Assembly: GCA_041554215.1 (NCBI GenBank)
Contig: JBFFMG010000001.1
Coordinates: forward strand, 1 to 33,402
Direction of reading: 5' to 3'
Source: Labilibaculum sp.
GTDB lineage: Bacteria > Bacteroidota > Bacteroidia > Bacteroidales > Marinifilaceae
DNA length: 33,402 bases
In this document: piece by piece, positions 26,802-33,402 of the stretch
Layout of the letters: each line of letters starts with the position of its first letter
Position numbering within the stretch: the first letter of the stretch is position 1
The notes under the pieces: model-generated
What the model was told of the DNA's origin: nothing
The model's input: the letters and a program-made list of their open reading frames with translations, nothing else
The model's database searches: none
Program-made: the position numbers and the translations under genes

Positions 26802-27544
26802 TCCTTCTCTAATTCAATTTTCCGACCATCTTTCATGCTCAAAGCCTTCCTTATTTCTGCAAAACTCAACTCTTCCATAAAGAAATTCGTGCAAACATTA
26901 CCAATATTATCTATATAATGTGCATCGGAACTTTGAATAAAAGCATAGCCTTTCAAATACTTATTCTTACTTAAAAACTCATCTTTCGTGGTATGCATTG
27001 AAATTTCCAAAGCATCCACTTTTAAATCTGGTGGCAAGAAACCCAGTTGACTTATGATACTATTTTGCGTTTTATTAATATGAGCCGGAATAAACAATCC
27101 ATTGAGCTGATGTACTTTCTGTTCAATCTCATTGATACCCTGATTCAATCCTGATATCAATAAATTTTCTATTTCCTGCACAATCTCCTCTTCTTCATTC
27201 ACTACAACCTGATACCCAAAATATTTTGTATCATTTGGAATCTTAGGCAAATAGTGATCGAGGTAAACTTGAAATTCTGAAAGCTGTTGCTCTGTTTCAA
27301 AAAAACACAAACAATGAACCTCCTCTTTAGTTGTAACCTCTGCCCCCATCAACACCATAATTCCCTCTTTTTCGGCCAACTGCTTAATTAAAACAGCATG
27401 CAAAGTCGAATTGTGATCTGTTATTCCCAATATGTCAACGCCACGTTCTTTTGCTATTCGAACGATATTTACAGGACTCATCTCTAAATCTCCGCAAGGA
27501 GACAAGACAGTATGAGTATGCAAATCAGCTCGAAAAACTTTCAT
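26798..27544 (-). CDS. PHP-domain metal-dependent phosphoesterase
   Basis: DLHTHT, ITDHN, EEVH, PAHI, SSDAH metal-ligand motifs. Confidence 0.92.
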   Translation of the reverse strand: MKVFRADLHTHTVLSPCGDLEMSPVNIVRIAKERGVDILGITDHNSTLHAVLIKQLAEKEGIMVLMGAEVTTKEEVHCLCFFETEQQLSEFQVYLDHYLPKIPNDTKYFGYQVVVNEEEEIVQEIENLLISGLNQGINEIEQKVHQLNGLFIPAHINKTQNSIISQLGFLPPDLKVDALEISMHTTKDEFLSKNKYLKGYAFIQSSDAHYIDNIGNVCTNFFMEELSFAEIRKALSMKDGRKIELEKE

Positions 27545-27554
27545 TTCAATTCAT

Positions 27555-27890
27555 TTACTTCTTCAAAATCTCAAATAACTTTCCAGTTAATTCAAAAGCC
27601 TCTTCTTCCGAAGATAAAATAGGGATTCCTTCCACATTGCTTTGTTCGGCAGCATCGGCTTCCGGTTCATATCCTTTCACAAGAATAATGGCTGCCAACT
27701 CCTTTAAAGAAGCAATTGCCATAATATTCTTATGCGTTTGTAAGGTAACCCAAACCTGATTTTCATCTGCGTTCCCCATCACATCACTTAAAAGATCAGA
27801 AGTATATCCTCCCTCAATTTCGCGATTCAATCCCGCAGATCCACAACATACTTTTAAGCCTAGCTTATCAACTACATCTTGTACTTTCAT
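27555..27890 (-). CDS. DRTGG / HPr-kinase N-terminal-like domain protein
   Basis: MKVQDVVDKLGL, GGYTSDLLSDVM, WVT, IPILSS pattern. Confidence 0.8.
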   Translation of the reverse strand: MKVQDVVDKLGLKVCCGSAGLNREIEGGYTSDLLSDVMGNADENQVWVTLQTHKNIMAIASLKELAAIILVKGYEPEADAAEQSNVEGIPILSSEEEAFELTGKLFEILKK

Positions 27891-27896
27891 CTTTAT

Positions 27897-29264
27897 TTAA
27901 TGATCGTTTATATTCTTTTTTTCGAATCTTTTTACACCCCATGTATTTTCTGATATATCGAATGACTCCTGAGGTGTAATCAAGCCTTCTTTAGTCAACA
28001 TCTTTTGCAGGAATACACATTGAGTCATCTTTGCCTTTCCTTGCACAACATCTTCGGCCAAAGCCTGACAACGAGGTGCACCACATGCACCACAGTCGAT
28101 ACTTGGTAAAACTTTAAGAATGCGATTAATTTTGGCCATCTTTTTCATAGCCTCCATCATATCAGTATCCAAACTCAAAATTGATCGAGGTTCGATACTC
28201 TTAATTGTAATATTTTTTAGCAAGTAAGGTCTATACTCTTCAATTTCTTTCTCATCGAGAATAATGGGTTTGTTTCGATGATACCATTCACCTCTTTTTC
28301 GTAGTCGCTCTATGGCTAAAAACCGATTCTCAGTGGTCAATACCCCACCAGCACATGAGTGATCACAAGCACGTAATTCCAAGAAATCAATATCTCTTAT
28401 TTCTTCATTCTCCAGTTTCTCCAATACCTCAATTACATTATGAATTTCGTCAATAGCTAAACATCTACCTGAATATTGCGATGCTTCACCATTTGTTAAT
28501 GTCCATCCAATACTCCTTCTGGACATGTGCTTATTTACTACATACTTTACTCCAACAGATTTATTTTGCTTGATACTTAACAGGACTTTATTATAGATGA
28601 AGTCCATATTGATCACTCCATCAATAAAAGATTTATCTTCTCCAACGGGACTCTTCACTGCGGCAATTTTTGCGGCACATGGCGTTACATAAAAAATCCC
28701 AACCTCATCATCACTAAACCCTTCATTTTTAAGTTTTTCACGATAAAACAAAGCTGATATATCAATAACAGGTTTTAAATGAATGATATGTTCAACCAAC
28801 GCAGGAAACTTAACTTGAATTAAGCGAACGATTGCAGGACAAAAACTGGAAATAAAAGGACGCTCCTGATGATGCTTACTCATGTAATTTTTCGTAGCCT
28901 CCGTAAGAATATCGACAGTTTCATCAACTTCGTACACATGAGTAAAACCTAAGTCATGAATAACAGAATATATTTGCTTTTCGGATATTTCATCAGGGAA
29001 TTGCCCCAACAAAACAGTAGGAAGAAGAGCTACTCGTTGTTTAAAATGGAAAATCTGTGTAAAATCATCCTGCTCAACAATAATAGCATTTACTGGGCAG
29101 GCATTTAAACATTCACCACAATCGACACAGGCATTTTTATTGATGTCAGCAATTCCATTTTTAACACGAATCGCCGAAGTTGGGCACACATTCATACAAT
29201 GCGTACAGCCTATGCAAACCTCCTTAACAACTTTTAGTGCATGATAAAAATGAACTTTCTCCAT
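27897..29264 (-). CDS. Divergent [FeFe]-hydrogenase-like Fe-S protein (putative sensory, group C/D-like, no PAS domain)
   Basis: N-terminal 2x[4Fe-4S]; H-cluster-like motifs SSFCPA, TPCAAK, ELRACDHSCAGG; C-terminal LPSIDCGACGAPRC...C Fe-S domain. Confidence 0.85.
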   Translation of the reverse strand: MEKVHFYHALKVVKEVCIGCTHCMNVCPTSAIRVKNGIADINKNACVDCGECLNACPVNAIIVEQDDFTQIFHFKQRVALLPTVLLGQFPDEISEKQIYSVIHDLGFTHVYEVDETVDILTEATKNYMSKHHQERPFISSFCPAIVRLIQVKFPALVEHIIHLKPVIDISALFYREKLKNEGFSDDEVGIFYVTPCAAKIAAVKSPVGEDKSFIDGVINMDFIYNKVLLSIKQNKSVGVKYVVNKHMSRRSIGWTLTNGEASQYSGRCLAIDEIHNVIEVLEKLENEEIRDIDFLELRACDHSCAGGVLTTENRFLAIERLRKRGEWYHRNKPIILDEKEIEEYRPYLLKNITIKSIEPRSILSLDTDMMEAMKKMAKINRILKVLPSIDCGACGAPRCQALAEDVVQGKAKMTQCVFLQKMLTKEGLITPQESFDISENTWGVKRFEKKNINDH

Positions 29265-29271
29265 CGTATGC

Positions 29272-29685
29272 TTACATCAGATAATTAACAATTTCTAATA
29301 GAGTCCCAACATTAACAGTACTGCTAATATTCATTTGATCTGAATTCTTCTTGATATTAGGTAATCCCATTCCTGCGCCAAAACCCATTTCCCTAACTTT
29401 TGGGGTCGCGGTAGAAAAACCTTTCTCCATCGCCTTATTAATATCAGGTATCCCTGGTCCTTTATCTTCAATTTTAACAACTATTTTATCCGGAAATATT
29501 TCAACATTCATATTGCCTTCAAAAGCGTGTGCGACAACATTTACTTCAGCCTCATACAAGGAAACAACAGTTCGTTTAATAATCTTAGCATCGACATTCA
29601 ACTGCTTCAGTATTTTTTTAACTTCACTAGAGGCAGTTCCAGCTTTTGAAAAATTTCCTCCTTCAATAAAAAATTTAAATTCCAT
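29272..29685 (-). CDS. RsbT/RsbW-like anti-sigma-type Ser/Thr kinase
   Basis: YEAEVNVVAHA (N box), EDKGPGI, GFST, GAGMGL; 137-aa stand-alone GHKL domain. Confidence 0.85.
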   Translation of the reverse strand: MEFKFFIEGGNFSKAGTASSEVKKILKQLNVDAKIIKRTVVSLYEAEVNVVAHAFEGNMNVEIFPDKIVVKIEDKGPGIPDINKAMEKGFSTATPKVREMGFGAGMGLPNIKKNSDQMNISSTVNVGTLLEIVNYLM

Positions 29686-29690
29686 CCCCT

Positions 29691-30038
29691 TTAATATACT
29701 GGTTCTAAACCCATTTCACACAAAACCGAACATGTCTTAAACATTGAATAACTACACTCCATTAGTGTAATATTATTCTCACAAGCCAAGTCTTTCATTT
29801 CTTGAGAAACCTTCTTATCGCGTACAAATAGGATGAACGAAATGTCTGACATTTCGGATGTTCTTATTGTCTGCAAATTATTTAACCCAGTGATTAATAG
29901 GAGATTATCCGTATCAAGAGTTAAGACATCACTCATAAGATCCGATGCAAAACCAAAATGTATATCTTGATTTAAATCATCTTTCCCACAAATAACCTGT
30001 GCATTAAGTTTATCAACCACATCCGCCACTTTCACCAT
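29691..30038 (-). CDS. DRTGG / HPr-kinase N-terminal-like domain protein
   Basis: GFASDLMSDVL, LLITGL, IRTSEMSD; paralog of 27555-27890; first gene of the operon. Confidence 0.8.
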   Translation of the reverse strand: MVKVADVVDKLNAQVICGKDDLNQDIHFGFASDLMSDVLTLDTDNLLLITGLNNLQTIRTSEMSDISFILFVRDKKVSQEMKDLACENNITLMECSYSMFKTCSVLCEMGLEPVY

Positions 30039-30366
30039 ATCGCAGTATCAAGTTATGTTTACTTATCAATCGTTTCTGACTGCACTAAGATAAGTATTTG
30101 AGTAGGATTAATAAATGATATATAACGGAATAGACACAAAATAATAAAATACATATTAAATCTAAATAACTCAATAAAAACATAAGAGATCAAGATAATT
30201 TGCAATTTAAACTCCTCAACATTATCATAAACCAACAACTTTTTTATGTCAATATGACTAAATACAATTTTGAATTTTTTAGAATTAAATAGATAATTAA
30301 TTTTTGATTATATTCGCATACAATCACGAAACACAATGTTTAAATACCTATTTTTTTCTTTATTTG

Positions 30367-31182
30367 ATGAGCCTTAAGAAGCAACATATACTCGTTCTAA
30401 TTCAAGACACACAAAATACCAGCGTAGCCATTAAGCATGCTTTTACTTTGGCAAAAATGTTTAAATCGGAGATCGCTATAGCTTATTTTCCATCGAAAAA
30501 GAATAAGACACACACCTCTTTAAATAAAGACCTTATCGACAAATTTAATTTCGTGACGATTCCTTACAAGATAATAGAATTAAAAAATATTCATCAGGAA
30601 CCTAATCGATGCATACAAGAATTGGACGCGATTTTTATTATAACACAATTCCAAAGAAGCTCAATAAGCCATTTCTTAAAGCAAAATGCCATTTATAAAT
30701 GGATTTTAGAAGCAAAAATCCCCTCTATACTTGTAACAGAACAAACAAAGTCTGACTGCGAATACAAAAATATAATTGTGCCTATCGATTATCGAAAAGA
30801 AAGTAAAGAGAAAATGATTTGGGCTAGTTACTTTGGTCGATTCAATGATGCTATCATTCATCTAATTGCTCCAAATGAAAAATCAGAAGGATATCTGCGC
30901 ACCATTAAAGCCACATTGCTCTTTACTAAAAAAATGTTTGAGCAGTTTAAGTTCGAATATAAAATCACTAAAACTGAATGCTCTAGCAGAAATATCAACA
31001 GGGAAGCAATTAAATTTTCGAAAAATTACAATTCCGATTTAATTGTTCTCATGTCGAATCGCAATCCTGGCTGGTTGGCATCCTACTCTGGGCCTACACA
31101 GCTAAAAAGCATTCTAAGAAAAGAGCACAACCCAATTTTATTTATCAATCCATTAAAAGACTACTACCTTCCTTGTAACTAG
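30367..31182 (+). CDS. Universal stress protein-like, tandem domains
   Basis: HILVLI...AIKHA; second domain YKNIIVPID...DLIVLM...PILFINP. Probable start ATG 30367 (track uses TTG 30304); TATATTCG promoter-like element at 30309-30316. Confidence 0.75.
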   Translation: MSLKKQHILVLIQDTQNTSVAIKHAFTLAKMFKSEIAIAYFPSKKNKTHTSLNKDLIDKFNFVTIPYKIIELKNIHQEPNRCIQELDAIFIITQFQRSSISHFLKQNAIYKWILEAKIPSILVTEQTKSDCEYKNIIVPIDYRKESKEKMIWASYFGRFNDAIIHLIAPNEKSEGYLRTIKATLLFTKKMFEQFKFEYKITKTECSSRNINREAIKFSKNYNSDLIVLMSNRNPGWLASYSGPTQLKSILRKEHNPILFINPLKDYYLPCN

Positions 31183-31221
31183 TAACATCGACATCTCTAT
31201 TGTTGCAGAAATTAACACATT

Positions 31222-31257
31222 AAAAAAAAAGGAACTACCCTTGCAGGCAATTCCTTT
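31222..31257 (-). terminator. Intrinsic terminator after the S46 peptidase
   Basis: Imperfect AAAGGAA...TTCCTTT stem with a 9-T tail on the minus strand. Confidence 0.65.
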
Positions 31258-31289
31258 CTATTCTATTAAAGTATCAGTTTCAACAAAAA

Positions 31290-33402
31290 CTACTGAACAA
31301 TATTCATTTCATCCAATAAATATCCCGCTCCTGCAAACTTATCAACAATAAATAGCACATAACGAATATCTAAAGATACGTTGCGGCAAATTTCAGAGTC
31401 GTACATTAAATCAGACATTACACCTTCCCAAGCACGGTCGAAATTTAATCCAATTAATTCTCCATTGGCGTTTAAAACCGGGCTACCCGAATTTCCTCCA
31501 GTAGTATGATTGGTTGCCGCAAAACAAACTGGCATTTCACCTTGAGTATTTGCATAGCTACCAAAATCTTTGGCATGATAAAGATCTCTTAATTTTTGAG
31601 GAACATCATAATCGAAAATTTCTGGATTATCCTTTTCAATTATTCCTTCTAGTGTTGTATAATAATCATAGGTCACTGCATTTCTAGCTTTATAACCAGC
31701 AATTTTACCATAATGAACTCTGAAAGTTGAGTTCGCATCAGGATAAAAAGTTCTATCCTTTTGCATTTCCATTAAACCAGCCATGTAAGTACGCTGCAGC
31801 TTAATTGTTTTAGTCAATACTTTAGAATAAACAGGTGCAATTTCCGATTCGTAAAAGAAAAAGATACTATTTGCCAAAACTAACATCGGGTCTTTAGTCA
31901 ATTTTTTGCCCATTGGTAATTTGTAGTTTTTCAGTAGCTCGTTCAGCTTAGCTTGATCTGCAAATACTGATTTAGATAAGGCTTTTTCAGCATAAGCTTC
32001 GAAATTTCCTTTGTACTTATCGCGAATATTTACAATCGCTTCGGGTAAATACTTATCTTCCAAATTCTCACTATACATCTTCAACAAAGCAGCCAATAAC
32101 TTCTTATCTGTTGGTTGATTATAGTTCTTGAAAAAATTATCTCCCTCCTTCTGCAAATCTGCAACAAGATCAGTAAGTTTATTATTATCCTTTTTAGTTA
32201 AGGAGGCTAGTTTTTTAAATTTATAGGCAAAAGAAACGGCTTCAGCCCCTCTCATGCCAGCTTCAATAGCATAATCACGAGCCAAACTCACTGGCGCCAA
32301 CTCTTCATAAAGAGTACCCATCTCGCTAACAATACCAGCATATTTACTTTTCAAATCTCCCTTACTATTTGCCCAGTTTTCGAATTTCTCCTCCAATTCT
32401 TTCTTTTTGGAAATTGCATTCAATCGGTCTAATCCTTTGATTTCACCTTGCCATCTTTTCCAAGAATTAGCAACACCAGCATATTTAGCTGAATATTGAA
32501 TTCGAACCCAAGGAGAAGCATCCATATCTGCTCTCATTAAATCTAACTTCTTCGTTCTGATTTTTATTTTATGAGGATTCTCAACCTTAGTCATTAAATC
32601 CAAGGCATGAGATGTCAAATACTCTGTAGTCGTTCCTGGATATCCAAAAACCATCGTAAAATCACCTTCATTTACACCTTTTAGTGAAATTTTAAATGAC
32701 TGTTTTGGTTTCATAGGAACATTCTCTTTTGAAAAAGAAGCCGGTTTATTGTCTTTGTCAGCATAGATTCTAAACATCGAAAAATCACCTGTATGACGAG
32801 GCCACATCCAGTTATCGGTATCGCCACCAAATTTACCTATTGCTGATGGAGGAGCACCTACCAAACGAACATCTTTATAAATTTCGTACACCGATAAAAA
32901 GTACTGATTTCCATTAAAAAAGGCTTTAACACTTGCACGATAGTCAGATTCCTTTTCTGTAGCCTCCTGAATTTTCTTAATCTGCTTGGCAATCATCTTC
33001 TGACGATCTACCTCCTTTGTTTCATCGGTTATACTATCTAAAACTTGCGCAGTAACATCCTCCATACGAATTAAGAACGAGGCTGTAATTCCCTCATTAA
33101 CTAATTCTTCATCGCGACTCATCGCCCAAAATCCATCTTTTAAATAGTCATGCTCTAAAGTTGAATGAGCTTGAATAGCACCGTAACCACAATGATGATT
33201 TGTTACAATCAAACCTTCATCAGATATCAACTCTCCAGTACAGAAATGGTGAAATGGACTTCCTTCGCGTCCCAAACCAATTACAGCATCTTTCAAACAT
33301 GCCTGGTTGATATTATAAATATCAGCTGCAGAAAGCTTAAATCCGGCTTTTTGCATGTCTTCGATATTGTATTTTTCCAAAAGCATAGGAATCCACATCC
33401 CC
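31290..33402 (-). CDS. S46 family dipeptidyl peptidase, DPP11-type (N-terminus outside window)
   Basis: GMWIP start of the mature domain, TNHHC, DNWMWPRHTGDF, catalytic TTGGNSGSPV, FDRAWEG; frame is open to the window edge. Confidence 0.93.
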   Translation of the reverse strand, partial: GMWIPMLLEKYNIEDMQKAGFKLSAADIYNINQACLKDAVIGLGREGSPFHHFCTGELISDEGLIVTNHHCGYGAIQAHSTLEHDYLKDGFWAMSRDEELVNEGITASFLIRMEDVTAQVLDSITDETKEVDRQKMIAKQIKKIQEATEKESDYRASVKAFFNGNQYFLSVYEIYKDVRLVGAPPSAIGKFGGDTDNWMWPRHTGDFSMFRIYADKDNKPASFSKENVPMKPKQSFKISLKGVNEGDFTMVFGYPGTTTEYLTSHALDLMTKVENPHKIKIRTKKLDLMRADMDASPWVRIQYSAKYAGVANSWKRWQGEIKGLDRLNAISKKKELEEKFENWANSKGDLKSKYAGIVSEMGTLYEELAPVSLARDYAIEAGMRGAEAVSFAYKFKKLASLTKKDNNKLTDLVADLQKEGDNFFKNYNQPTDKKLLAALLKMYSENLEDKYLPEAIVNIRDKYKGNFEAYAEKALSKSVFADQAKLNELLKNYKLPMGKKLTKDPMLVLANSIFFFYESEIAPVYSKVLTKTIKLQRTYMAGLMEMQKDRTFYPDANSTFRVHYGKIAGYKARNAVTYDYYTTLEGIIEKDNPEIFDYDVPQKLRDLYHAKDFGSYANTQGEMPVCFAATNHTTGGNSGSPVLNANGELIGLNFDRAWEGVMSDLMYDSEICRNVSLDIRYVLFIVDKFAGAGYLLDEMNIVQ

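Noticed and set aside
2292-29740. Many short ORF-track entries antisense to or nested in long genes (e.g. 2292-2477, 3159-3461, 7034-7261, 9838-10074, 12998-13342, 24705-24995, 27451-27759, 29351-29740)
   Set aside because: They are shadows of well-supported genes on the other strand or frame, with no recognisable motifs
1-33402. CRISPR array, tRNA/rRNA, transposase, integrase or prophage genes
   Set aside because: No regularly spaced repeats, cloverleaf or rRNA-like sequence, or mobile-element protein motifs seen by eye; a covariance-model scan was not possible

Overview
AT-rich Bacteroidota chromosomal window. The TAnnTTTG promoters and gene content suggest an anaerobic Marinifilaceae/Marinilabiliales-like organism (inference). 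In order: the 3' end of yicC, gmk, nadD; a candidate unannotated small RNA; an M16 peptidase pair; a four-subunit 2-oxoacid:ferredoxin oxidoreductase; a PLP aminotransferase; a flavodoxin with an atypical FMN loop; an Mpv17/PMP22-like membrane protein; a missed 49-aa membrane microprotein; an ADP-forming acyl-CoA synthetase; the [FeFe]-hydrogenase maturases hydE and hydG (convergent, hydF absent) with a TM1266-like small protein; an outer-membrane trio (beta-barrel, DUF4270-like lipoprotein, kelch lipoprotein); a ten-gene operon encoding a heterotetrameric, probably electron-bifurcating [FeFe]-hydrogenase preceded by a six-gene signalling-like cassette (DRTGG, Ser/Thr kinase, divergent H-cluster protein, DRTGG, PHP, orphan GHKL ATPase); a USP-like protein; and a DPP11-type S46 peptidase cut by the window edge. 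The most interesting items are the putative H2/redox-sensing phosphorylation cassette, a physically clustered peptide-to-H2 fermentation pathway, and a promoter- and terminator-bounded sRNA presenting three GGUUA motifs. No CRISPR array, tRNA, rRNA or transposase was seen.
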